Below, one piece after another: positions 10,332 to 21,374 of a DNA stretch of 64,000 bases. Origin of the DNA: Patescibacteria group bacterium (GTDB taxonomy: Bacteria; Patescibacteriota; Patescibacteriia; UBA10025; JAHIVO01); the NCBI GenBank assembly GCA_041650915.1, contig JBAZKE010000001.1, positions 611,097-675,096 of the forward strand, in the 5' to 3' direction. The notes under the pieces were generated by a model. That model saw nothing but the letters and a program-made list of their open reading frames with translations, had not been told where the DNA came from and ran no database searches. The position numbers were made by a program, and so were the translations under genes. Each line of letters opens with the position of its first letter. Position 1 is the first letter of the stretch.

Positions 10332-10877
10332 TTAAAATGGGGATGAAATATCTGAAAACGGTCCGAGCTGACTGTCTTTGACGGACAGAATTGGCTTATG
10401 GATGGGCCAGTCAATCGAAAGGGTGGGATCATCCCACATAATGCCAGAATCGTGATCCGGAGCATACACATTATCCACCTTATATTGAAATTCAGTATGT
10501 GGTTTAAGCGTACAAAAACCGTGTGCGAAACCGCGCGGGGCATAAATCATTTTAAAATTTTCTGCAGTCAATTCGAATGCTTGCCACTGCCCATAGGTTG
10601 GAGAAGTTTTTCTGAGGTCAACAATGACGTCAAATACTGCACCGCGTGTGACTCGGACTAGTTTCGCTTGTTCAAATGGCGGCAGCTGAAAGTGAATGCC
10701 GCGAAGTACTCCAATTTGCTCAGATCTCGAGTGGTTGTCTTGCACGAACTCTGACGTGATACCTTTATTAAAAAAAACATCTTTCGAGTATGATTCCAGA
10801 AAAAAACCACGTTCATCCTTAAATACTTCAGGTTGGATGAGCCAAGCAGTATCGAATTTGGTTGTGATAAATTTCAT
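10332..10877 (-). CDS. rmlC: dTDP-4-dehydrorhamnose 3,5-epimerase
   Basis: DERGFF, QDNHSRS, LRGIHFQ, QAKLV, GFAHGF. Confidence 0.96.
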   Translation of the reverse strand: MKFITTKFDTAWLIQPEVFKDERGFFLESYSKDVFFNKGITSEFVQDNHSRSEQIGVLRGIHFQLPPFEQAKLVRVTRGAVFDVIVDLRKTSPTYGQWQAFELTAENFKMIYAPRGFAHGFCTLKPHTEFQYKVDNVYAPDHDSGIMWDDPTLSIDWPIHKPILSVKDSQLGPFSDISSPF

Positions 10878-10878
10878 A

Positions 10879-11718
10879 TTATGGTCGCAGTAAATACGAC
10901 TTGAGCGCTTCTTCCCATCTCCTCATATGTGGCAGCTTCGTATTGAGTAAAACTGAATAGGGAGGCCTTTTTGCAGCGCGTGGATAGAATGACCCAGCCA
11001 CAGGATTGAGCTTAACACTGATGCCCGATTGAGTAAATATTTCTTGTGCGAAACCAAACCAGGTACATGCACCCTGATTCGTAATATGGTACGTTCCGAA
11101 TGGCAGTTGATTATCAATTAAGTATTTTGTCCTATCGGCCAAATCTTTTGCGTACGTAGGAGAAGAGAGCTCCTCATCCACGATATCGAGTTCTTTTTTT
11201 GATTGTGCCAATGTGAGCATAAGCTCAACAAAACTTTTTTTGCCGGATCTGCCTCGTGAGTTCTTTCCAAAGAGCCGGGAGAGGCGGATAATATAGTGGC
11301 AGTGGCACTTTCGGCGTACTTCATTTTCTCCCAGTAGTTTTGATTTGCCATAAATTGAAATTGGATCAGGGATATCATCTTCACGGTATCCCTTAACGAT
11401 ATTGCCGTTGAATACATAATCAGTGCTGAAGTGGACTAAAATGCCTCCAGCTGCTTCAACGGCAGATGCAAGGTATCCGGGGCCGTACCCATTAATATTC
11501 ATGGCAATAGCTTCCTCCCCTTCTGCTTTATCTACATCATTGAAAGCTGATGCATTTATAACGAGACCCGGTTTTTGGTTTGAAACCAGCTGAACCGACT
11601 GTTTCCTGTCGGTTATATCAAAATCTGAGTGATTCCACTGGATTGGCTTATACTCATGAAACGTATTCATCAGTTCCTGGCCGAGCATGCCTTGTGCACC
11701 TATAATGGCTACTTTCAT
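10879..11718 (-). CDS. rmlD: dTDP-4-dehydrorhamnose reductase
   Basis: GAQGMLG, STDYVF, YGKSKLLGE, AKRPPYSVL. Confidence 0.95.
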   Translation of the reverse strand: MKVAIIGAQGMLGQELMNTFHEYKPIQWNHSDFDITDRKQSVQLVSNQKPGLVINASAFNDVDKAEGEEAIAMNINGYGPGYLASAVEAAGGILVHFSTDYVFNGNIVKGYREDDIPDPISIYGKSKLLGENEVRRKCHCHYIIRLSRLFGKNSRGRSGKKSFVELMLTLAQSKKELDIVDEELSSPTYAKDLADRTKYLIDNQLPFGTYHITNQGACTWFGFAQEIFTQSGISVKLNPVAGSFYPRAAKRPPYSVLLNTKLPHMRRWEEALKSYLLRP

Positions 11719-12308
11719 AGTGAACTATTGCCAGTCATTTTTTTAATTGAATTCTGGACTGTGAGTAAACGTTTTCCTGCTCCGGGGTATTTTCGAAAAC
11801 GGCCATAGGCTTTCTTGAATGTGCCAATATATGGACCTGTTTTTTTTGCATAGCTACAGCGCGCATCACTGTATGCAAGAATTTTTTCTTCAGCGGATTG
11901 AGGAAAAAAATTTTTAGGAAGAAAGCCATTTTTCTTGTTTGTCGCCCTATCGAGCCCGCTTCCGCCTGCATGAGATACGCACATTCGTGCCAGTTCCGGA
12001 TATCCCTTTTTCAACATTATCTCATAACCCGCGTAGCAGTGGATGATTGCAGGCTTTAAAAGTTTCGATCCTTGGCTTCCCGTAACCATCCTGCCGATAT
12101 CATGAATGTAGCATCCCGTCTTCAGCATAGTACTGTTTATTTTCTGCCCGTTATCACGGGCTTGTTTCATGATGCTCCGTGCGAATTTCCATACAGTTTT
12201 AGAATGATCGTTAGTATTGCTTGCCTGCTTAGGAATGCCATTCTCAATTGCGATTTTTCTCATCCATCTCTGTATGGTTGAAATGGTTGGATACCGGCTA
12301 TGTCCCAT
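11715..12308 (-). CDS. HD-superfamily (HDIG) phosphohydrolase
   Basis: H...IHDIGR...H..AG...H...PQSAEEKILAYSD; overlaps both rml neighbours. Confidence 0.82.
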   Translation of the reverse strand: MGHSRYPTISTIQRWMRKIAIENGIPKQASNTNDHSKTVWKFARSIMKQARDNGQKINSTMLKTGCYIHDIGRMVTGSQGSKLLKPAIIHCYAGYEIMLKKGYPELARMCVSHAGGSGLDRATNKKNGFLPKNFFPQSAEEKILAYSDARCSYAKKTGPYIGTFKKAYGRFRKYPGAGKRLLTVQNSIKKMTGNSSL

Positions 12309-13395
12309 ATTGCTTTTTTAGGTATTCTCGGTGTTCTTTTTTTTGAAGTATCTTTTTCCACCACCACTCATTATTTTGGTACCATGCGATTGTTTTTTTC
12401 AGGTACGTATCGAGGTCATGGAGCGGCCGGTAACCGATTTCTTTTTTTGCCTTTGACCAGTCTACCGCGTACCGTCTGTCATGGCCAGGCCGGTCTTTGA
12501 TAAACTCCACCATTTCATTTCCTTTGCCCATGATTGACAGAACTTTATTGATGAGCGCGAGATTGTCCACGTCCTCAGTCAAGCCGCCAATACAGTACGT
12601 TTGACCAATTTTGCCTTTTGAAAGAATCAGATCAATTGCCCTCGCATGATCGTCTACGTAGAGCCAGTCTCGTATGTATTTTCCGTCGCCGTAGATTGGC
12701 ACCTTCTTCCCCTGCATGACATTAAGGATCGCTACGGGAAGCAGCTTTTCCGGATACTGATATGGTCCGAAGTTATTGGACGTATTTGAAATAGTAATCG
12801 GCAACCCAAATGTCGCGTAGTACGAACGTACAAGATGGTCGGCGCCAGCTTTTGAAGCTGAATACGGGCTCCGTGGGTCGTAGAGCGTTTTTTCATTGAA
12901 CTTACGCGTATCTTCTAATTTGAGCGCACCAAAAACTTCATCAGTTGAAACGTGGTGAAACCGTTTTCCTTCAAAACTACCTTGCTCATTTTTCCATACC
13001 TGTACGGCAGACTCTAGCAAAATATGGGTTCCCCACACGTTATTTAAAATAAAATCATAATTTAAAGAATCGGTAAATAATTCTCCCAGTTCCAGATTGA
13101 GAGTTCCCTTTTCGCGCAGCATAACCGACCTGTCTACGTGGGTACTAGCCGCAAAATGAATTATAGTGTCAATGTTATGCAATTGCAGCGTCTTGATGAC
13201 TTGCTTGATTTCACAAATATCCGCACGAACAAACGTATAGTGCGGATTGTCTTTCAGATCTACCAAATTATCGAGGTTGCCTGCGTATGTCAACTTGTCG
13301 AAATTAACAATCGTATCGCCCGGATGTTCACGCAACCAATAGCGAATGAAGTTTGAGCCGATGAACCCAGCTCCGCCGGTAACGAGTAATTTCAT
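12298..13395 (-). CDS. rmlB: dTDP-glucose 4,6-dehydratase
   Basis: TGGAGFIG, DKLTYAGN, HVDRS, STDEV, YSASK, DRPGHDRRY. Confidence 0.96.
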   Translation of the reverse strand: MKLLVTGGAGFIGSNFIRYWLREHPGDTIVNFDKLTYAGNLDNLVDLKDNPHYTFVRADICEIKQVIKTLQLHNIDTIIHFAASTHVDRSVMLREKGTLNLELGELFTDSLNYDFILNNVWGTHILLESAVQVWKNEQGSFEGKRFHHVSTDEVFGALKLEDTRKFNEKTLYDPRSPYSASKAGADHLVRSYYATFGLPITISNTSNNFGPYQYPEKLLPVAILNVMQGKKVPIYGDGKYIRDWLYVDDHARAIDLILSKGKIGQTYCIGGLTEDVDNLALINKVLSIMGKGNEMVEFIKDRPGHDRRYAVDWSKAKKEIGYRPLHDLDTYLKKTIAWYQNNEWWWKKILQKKEHREYLKKQYGT

Positions 13396-13931
13396 ATTTT
13401 TAATAGTTTTTTTACACGGACGATGCCTGCGATGGCAGTCGCATCGTTAATAGTACCGTCCGATGCCCACCGGTATGCTATTTGAATCGGTACCGTCAGT
13501 ATTTTTTCGTGCTGTTCTTCCATATCGAGCTTAAATGCATGGTGACGCAGTCCCGTTGCTAAGAATAATCGGGTATCTTCCTGCACCACTCCTGGGCATC
13601 CGTTAACGTATCCGATCGATTTCCAGCTTCGTGCGCTTAAGCCTGTTTCTTCTCGCAATTCACGTTTTGCCGCACTGAGGTGCGATTCCCGTTTTTGCTT
13701 CCCGCCCCAGGGAAGTTCGATTGTCTCATGTCGAAGCGGATAACGCCATTGCCGAATGAGTGCAATTTCCATATTATCATTCAAAGCTACTATTGCAGAA
13801 GATCCGATTGTTTTTACGACTCCGTACGTGCCATGTACTCCCGATTTACGGACGATTACATCTTCACGAACTGTAATCCAGTCATTGTTATATACGATTC
13901 TGGATTTTTTTGTTGTCCATTGATTTTTCAT
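13392..13931 (-). CDS. NUDIX hydrolase (ADP-ribose/NDP-sugar pyrophosphatase-like)
   Basis: QWRYP..ELPWGG...AAKRELREETGL Nudix box. Confidence 0.9.
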   Translation of the reverse strand: MKNQWTTKKSRIVYNNDWITVREDVIVRKSGVHGTYGVVKTIGSSAIVALNDNMEIALIRQWRYPLRHETIELPWGGKQKRESHLSAAKRELREETGLSARSWKSIGYVNGCPGVVQEDTRLFLATGLRHHAFKLDMEEQHEKILTVPIQIAYRWASDGTINDATAIAGIVRVKKLLKI

Positions 13932-13942
13932 TCCCACTTTTT

Positions 13943-15632
<1,690 letters not shown>

Positions 15633-15633
<1 letters not shown>

Positions 15634-17174
15634 CAATTGAAAAGCTTATTTTTTATCTTAGTAAAAAAATTCTGGAAAGTAATAGGCTCTTTTTCAAGCG
15701 ATACTGACACTTCCTGAACATGAAGCAGTCTGCCATTTTCGGGCAGTCCCGGAAGCGTAATGATGAATTGGACAGAATTATCGGAGTAGTAGAGCTCGGG
15801 CACTTCAACTGTCGCAGTGGCCGTATGCCATTGTCCGTTTATTTCCGGCCGCTTATACTCTGCAATAATGTAATCATATCCGTCCAATGATTCTACGTCA
15901 TTGATGTCTGGTATCAACCCAAAAGTCGTATCAAAAAATTGATCTTGGGAAAAAATAAAATAACCGGAGCCCTGGAGGTAAACGTCATTTTTAGGACTAA
16001 CGATTTTTGTCATGCCAGTTAAATCGGTTGCTTCATATTCCGAATGTAAGCCTGTCAGTGCTAATTCCTGGGCTCCCACGGCCAGCGTTTGTAGCCCGTC
16101 ATTATGAGAAGTACGTGCGGAAATTGAAGGTGCATCTGAAAACAATGTAGTTGGCGTGATTATTTTATCTCCGAGAATATCCTGGTACTCTGCGTTATCC
16201 GTCAGATAAATCGAATCATGGAACATGAGTAAATGCTGGTAGCTGGAAATACCCTTTATAAAAACGTCATCATTGGTTTCAATCGCAATCCGGCAGGTCC
16301 CGTGATTCTCCATGGCAAGGGCTACCCTCAGTACTTGTTCATTATGCACACGCCCTGATGCGAATGTTTCGCCGTCATCAGCGACGATATATGACGCGAT
16401 TTCATTACCGCGAAAATCAAAAACATGCACCTGGATTGAATCTTCACCTTCGTGCCTGTTAATATCCTGGAATGAAAAGGTTATATCGAGCTGCTCATCA
16501 ATGCCAACATACGTGAAAATTTCATGGCTACCGCGCAAACTTTTTGTAATAGTCAATGGAACACTTTGAGCACGGTACCCGGGCATGACTTCCGATTTCA
16601 GGACAGGATAGTTGTACTGCAAGATTTCATTATCAGCAGGCCGGTCGTTTAAAAATTCATCAATTGTCAGGTAATTCCGCTTGCCCCGCTGCAGTAGGAT
16701 CAAATCACCTTCTTGAATGCTTTTCCAATCGCTCGTTCCGACAGAATTAATGACGTCTTCGATCGTTGGACTATAGTGTGCCATGGTTTCAAAAGCGTAT
16801 TGGCCGTCTGATTGCAGCACACCGAGGTTAAGAACTGGTTGTGCGTCCGGATTTTGATACGTGATGGAAATCGTCGCCTTAGGAAAAGGCCGGGGAACAT
16901 TGAGTGTAAAATACAGTGGTGACGTTGTAATCAACTGAGTTACTGCTTGGCCCCCTGACTCATCTTCCGAGCTGAAGTATCGCACTGGCTCTTTGGATGC
17001 GAAATTGCTTATAGATTTTGATCCATGCTCCGCGGTATATTGGAGTTCAAGCATTCCACCCGGTGCATAGTTTTGTACGATGATCCAGCCAATGAGAACC
17101 ATCGGGAGCAGCCAGATAGCGGTGCGCCAGTTCCAAATATTTTTAAAAACTTTCTTAATTCTTTCCAGCTCCAT
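15633..17174 (-). CDS. Uncharacterised N-terminally anchored, beta-rich extracytoplasmic protein (paralog of 38426-39994)
   Basis: Basic N-terminus + one TM, acidic beta-strand-rich body, 513 aa. Confidence 0.8.
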
Positions 17175-17218
17175 AGTTATAGTTGTGGTATATAGTATAC
17201 TATATTTTTAATTCGTTC

Positions 17219-18886
17219 TCAACGAGTTTTTATTGAATACAGAATCTCGTTGGATGGTTGAAAAGAAACAGTCGATCGCAGCAAATAATCGTTAGCACTG
17301 AAAAATTCCATGACTGATCCACTCATACTGTCCAGAGGATTGAACAGGTAGTAGAGCGGGGCTTGATCGAGAATCGTCTGTACCGCATGCTGGGTATTTT
17401 TATCCGGTAGCTGAACAATCACCCTTCGTTCGGGGAAAAAAACTTTATCAGCATATCCTGCAATTAAGACGGCATTAGGTTCTGTTGCTCCGAGTACTGC
17501 ATGCAGCTTTGAAACCGATTCGCTGATGTTTTTTCTTACTGCGAATAAGCCTTGCAGCGGATCATTTAAAACGGTATTGACTGAAAAAATGACGAGTGCC
17601 ATAAAACTACCGACCATGACGGTACGTTTGATGCAATTGCTTCTAAATATGCTACCCGCCAACTGTATGCCCTGAGCGCAAAAAGGCAATCCAAATACGA
17701 AAATCGGGAGCCAGTATCGCAAGTATGACGATCCTAATAAAATTTCTGTACGGTCAATATACTCATAAAAAACGTAAGAGCCATAGTATAGGATAAGCCA
17801 CAGCACGACTGCCGCGTATACGTACGTATACGCATACTGCCAGTTAATCGCCTTCCTGGGACTCTGAGCGCTTGAATTTTTTTTCTTCACTAATGCCAGT
17901 ATGCTGCTTCTGATGGAAGCGGCGAGCCCGATCACGATAAAAAATGCATACAACGGAAAAAATAAAAGCAAATACTGTATTGTTGCTGCTTGGATTCTTT
18001 CAAAATTTAGCCCGAAGGGAAATAAAAGTTTTTCAAATTTCAATAGAATTGATTGGGATGCCGTTTTTATACTGGAAAGGTCTGTGGATTCTGCTGAGTA
18101 ACCGAAAGCTAACGGAGATCCATACAGGCTGTTGTTGAGAACCAGCAGAACAACGCATGCAATAAGCAGCGCCCCAACAAATCCGATTAACGGAAATTTT
18201 TGTACATGTCTTCGATTAATTATTAATATGAAGGCTACCACAGGAATAACCCAGGTGATTTCGGATGTCCTAGTAATGAGCGCTAACCCAATCGCGATGC
18301 CTGACCCAATATTGTAAAACCATGCTGCATGTAATGAAGTTTGCCTCGTAAGAGAATATATTAAAAGTAGCAAGCCAATGATCAGAAAAACCAAAAATAG
18401 GACATTGTGAAATAAGCCTCGTGAACTAAAGTACCAGAATGGCGGCAGTGCGAACATGAGCAGTGAAGCAATGAATGAAATGTTTTTTGGAAAAAACTCT
18501 TTGCATAACAGATAAAAGCATATTACTCCGACAACGGCGAAGAAAGGAGTAAATAAAAAAATATATCCACTCCCGGCTACTTTTGCTAAGAAACCATATA
18601 ACAACGGAAGGCCCAAAAAACTGGCAGGTACCGTGCCTGAAGGTGTCACAATCATACTTCGGGGCACTACAATTCCGCCTGCTGCGTCATTCAGCGGCTC
18701 GTCATAGCGGAGGGAATTGTTTTCTGAAAAAAGGGAGCTAAAAAAATAATTTGCAGTCTCATCTGGCGAGGTAAACGTATTCTCGGTTTGAAAGTGCAGC
18801 CATGAGTATACAAAAAAGAAAAAACAGGCTAGAATGGTTAAAATACAAACGTGCCAATTTCGCTTTACGTATGCAGAAAATTCCAT
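17219..18886 (-). CDS. GT-C fold (PMT/ArnT-like) integral membrane glycosyltransferase
   Basis: FTSPDETANY acidic loop after TM1, about 11-13 TMs, GLALITRTSE, YLRYWLP, soluble C-terminal domain. Confidence 0.78.
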   Translation of the reverse strand: MEFSAYVKRNWHVCILTILACFFFFVYSWLHFQTENTFTSPDETANYFFSSLFSENNSLRYDEPLNDAAGGIVVPRSMIVTPSGTVPASFLGLPLLYGFLAKVAGSGYIFLFTPFFAVVGVICFYLLCKEFFPKNISFIASLLMFALPPFWYFSSRGLFHNVLFLVFLIIGLLLLIYSLTRQTSLHAAWFYNIGSGIAIGLALITRTSEITWVIPVVAFILIINRRHVQKFPLIGFVGALLIACVVLLVLNNSLYGSPLAFGYSAESTDLSSIKTASQSILLKFEKLLFPFGLNFERIQAATIQYLLLFFPLYAFFIVIGLAASIRSSILALVKKKNSSAQSPRKAINWQYAYTYVYAAVVLWLILYYGSYVFYEYIDRTEILLGSSYLRYWLPIFVFGLPFCAQGIQLAGSIFRSNCIKRTVMVGSFMALVIFSVNTVLNDPLQGLFAVRKNISESVSKLHAVLGATEPNAVLIAGYADKVFFPERRVIVQLPDKNTQHAVQTILDQAPLYYLFNPLDSMSGSVMEFFSANDYLLRSTVSFQPSNEILYSIKTR

Positions 18887-18898
18887 ATTGCTTTCACC

Positions 18899-18951
18899 AG
18901 TATACCACCCTGAGCCGCCTTTTCAAAATGCTTTTTTGTTGATAGTATGAT
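18899..18951. promoter_or_regulatory. Overlapping divergent promoters (GT-C operon on minus, DUF1616/UbiA operon on plus)
   Basis: Minus: TTGAAA (18921-18926), 16 bp, TGgTATACT (hexamer 18899-18904). Plus: TATGAT at 18946-18951, 9 nt before ATG 18961. Confidence 0.55.
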
Positions 18952-18960
18952 AGCTGGCAT

Positions 18961-19341
18961 ATGAAAAAAAATGAACTCATTATTAGCCTTGTTTCCTTCG
19001 GATTCCTCGTTCTGATCGCTTTCATTCTCAGCTTTTTTTTAACACTGTCGGAAGCCTTTCGCCTTGTGTTTGGGACGATGTTTATCCTTTTTATCCCCGG
19101 ATTCGCGTGGAGCTGGATTTTTTGGAAGCGCGGCAGTATCGATGCAATCGAACGCGGGACACTGTCGATAGCGCTCTCTATTGCTTTTGTACCGCTCACA
19201 ACGTACTTGCTCTTCAAAGCCGGAATCGCCATTTCTTTATTCAATGTTTTGATCGAAGTCGCTGGTCTTATTATCGCGGCAATCGTGATAAAGTATTATG
19301 CCGATAAAAAAGAGAAGCGCCTGGGTTTTAAAAAACCATAA
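18961..19341 (+). CDS. DUF1616-like small membrane protein
   Basis: RLVFGTMFILFIPGF...IDAIERGTLSIALSIAFVPL is the DUF1616 N-terminal pattern. Confidence 0.75.
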   Translation: MKKNELIISLVSFGFLVLIAFILSFFLTLSEAFRLVFGTMFILFIPGFAWSWIFWKRGSIDAIERGTLSIALSIAFVPLTTYLLFKAGIAISLFNVLIEVAGLIIAAIVIKYYADKKEKRLGFKKP

Positions 19342-19358
19342 ATTACTAAGTTTCGACC

Positions 19359-20234
19359 GTGCAGCTCCTGTATTTTATAAAATCAATGCGCCCGCATCAG
19401 TGGATTAAAAACCTGTTGCTATTTGCAGCGGTAATTTTTTCTAATAATCTATTCCACGCCGATCTCTTACTTACGTCGGTTTTTGCATTTGTTCTTTTCT
19501 GCGGCCTATCCGGAAGTTCGTATATTATCAACGATTTTATTGATAGGGATAAAGACAAAGGCCACCCGGAAAAAATAAAGCGTCCCCTTGCCTCCGGAAA
19601 GCTTAATTTCACTCTCGCGCTCTTTGGATCAGCTGCCATACTCATCGCTTCCATTGGCATTTCATTTTTCATTAATTACCGGTTTGCAATTATTACTATC
19701 ATATACCTTGCGCTCAATCTCCTGTACTCGGTTTTTTTAAAAAATTTCGCGATCATAGATGTCCTTGTAATTGCGCTTCTCTACGTCCTGAGGGCGGTGG
19801 CTGGAGCCGAAGCGATCGGTGTCGCAATTTCTCCGTGGCTGCTGATTTGTACGCTCCTACTCTCCCTCTTTCTCGCCTTTGGGAAACGGCGCCATGAGCT
19901 GACATCACTTGCGGCCAATGCGTCTGACCACCGTATTATACTCCGTGATTATTCAGAAAAGCTTCTTGATCAAATGATCGCAATCGTCACTGCATCAACG
20001 GTCATTGTTTACATTCTTTACACTGTTTCAGATGATGTGATAGCCCACTTTGGCACTACGAATCTCGTGTATACGGTACCATTCGTACTCTATGGAATTT
20101 TCAGGTACCTCTTTCTTATTCATAAGAGAGACCTCGGAGGCAGCCCCTCTAAAATTTTTTTAAATGATAGGCCGCTCTTGATTACTATTATGCTGTGGTT
20201 TTTAACTGTTATAGCAATTATTTACCTCCGATAG
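19359..20234 (+). CDS. UbiA-family decaprenyl-phosphate phosphoribosyltransferase-like protein (DPPR synthase)
   Basis: RPHQWIKN, YIINDFID..KD..HPEK..RPLASG, GKRRHE, YGIFRY, GGSP. Confidence 0.9.
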   Translation: MQLLYFIKSMRPHQWIKNLLLFAAVIFSNNLFHADLLLTSVFAFVLFCGLSGSSYIINDFIDRDKDKGHPEKIKRPLASGKLNFTLALFGSAAILIASIGISFFINYRFAIITIIYLALNLLYSVFLKNFAIIDVLVIALLYVLRAVAGAEAIGVAISPWLLICTLLLSLFLAFGKRRHELTSLAANASDHRIILRDYSEKLLDQMIAIVTASTVIVYILYTVSDDVIAHFGTTNLVYTVPFVLYGIFRYLFLIHKRDLGGSPSKIFLNDRPLLITIMLWFLTVIAIIYLR

Positions 20235-20308
20235 ACTCGATCCGTACAAAAAAATATTCCCACATGAACTTATTTTCACTACTCAACTAACTTTTTACGA
20301 CCTACTAC

Positions 20309-21364
20309 ATGGAACGCTCACATGGCAAAAAAATTCGTTTCGCGGTGATCGGATGCTCTCGCATCTCGAGCCAGCATTTTGGATCAATGCTGCTCTATAA
20401 AGAAGCGGTCGACATTGTCGCTCTCTGTGACATAGTGAAAGACCGAGCTGAAGAATTCGGAAAAAAATATAATGCAGAACCGTATACCGACTATAAAAAA
20501 ATGCTCAATCGTGACGATATTGATGTCGTTTCCATTTGCACACCAAATGGATTGCACGCAGAAATGGCAATCGCTACTGCAGAGGCAGGGAAAAATGCCC
20601 TCGTTGAAAAACCGATCGCACTCAATATCGCAGAAGCAGATACAATGATTAAGGCTTTTGAAAAAAACAAGAAAAAACTTTTTGTGGTGAAGCAAGTACG
20701 CTACAATCCCGCAGTTATCATCGCGAAAACAACAATCGATGACGGTAAGCTCGGAAAACTCTACTCAGGAAGCTTGACGGTCCGCTGGACGCGTCCGCAA
20801 GCATACTTCGATGAAGTAAATTGGCGTGGCACAAAAAAGCTCGACGGCGGGGCGCTCTTGAACCAAGGCGACCACTACGTTGATGTCCTCCAATGGCTCT
20901 TCGGGCCAGTCAGGAGCGTTTTTGCCAAAACGGATACCGTTGCGCATACGATTGAAACTGAAGATGAGGCGTTTGCCCTCCTTCAATTCCAGAACGGAGC
21001 GTATGTCACGCTGGAGTTCACCATTAATACGTACCCAAAAAACCTTGAATGCTCGCTCACGGTCCTCGGCAGTAAAGGAAGCATAAAAATCGGCGGAAAA
21101 GCTATTGATTCTTTTGATTTTTGGGAAGTTGAGGATTACCCGGAACCGTCCATCCAAGATAATATTCCAACTAAGGTCTATGAACTGGGATTGTTCCAGG
21201 GCGCATCGCCTCGGCATATTTTTGTGTACCAAAACATCATTGACCATTTTAATAATTTCAAAGATGTTGCCATGGACGGCAAGGAAGCCAGGAAATCAGT
21301 AGAAATCGTTGAAGCGATCTACCGTTCTGCCCGAACGAATAAGCAAGTAAATTTACCGCTGTAA
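20309..21364 (+). CDS. Gfo/Idh/MocA oxidoreductase, WbpB/WlbA-like (UDP-GlcNAcA 3-dehydrogenase)
   Basis: ICTPNGLH, VEKP, VKQVRYNP, WTRPQAYF, WRGT..LDGGALLNQ..H. Confidence 0.85.
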   Translation: MERSHGKKIRFAVIGCSRISSQHFGSMLLYKEAVDIVALCDIVKDRAEEFGKKYNAEPYTDYKKMLNRDDIDVVSICTPNGLHAEMAIATAEAGKNALVEKPIALNIAEADTMIKAFEKNKKKLFVVKQVRYNPAVIIAKTTIDDGKLGKLYSGSLTVRWTRPQAYFDEVNWRGTKKLDGGALLNQGDHYVDVLQWLFGPVRSVFAKTDTVAHTIETEDEAFALLQFQNGAYVTLEFTINTYPKNLECSLTVLGSKGSIKIGGKAIDSFDFWEVEDYPEPSIQDNIPTKVYELGLFQGASPRHIFVYQNIIDHFNNFKDVAMDGKEARKSVEIVEAIYRSARTNKQVNLPL

Positions 21365-21374
21365 ATAGTAGCGT

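Noticed and set aside
17219-18886. GT-C proteins as STT3/PglB/AglB oligosaccharyltransferases
   Set aside because: None of the four shows the WWDxG motif; the FFWDRY in 57234-59162 is only loosely similar, so no OST call is made
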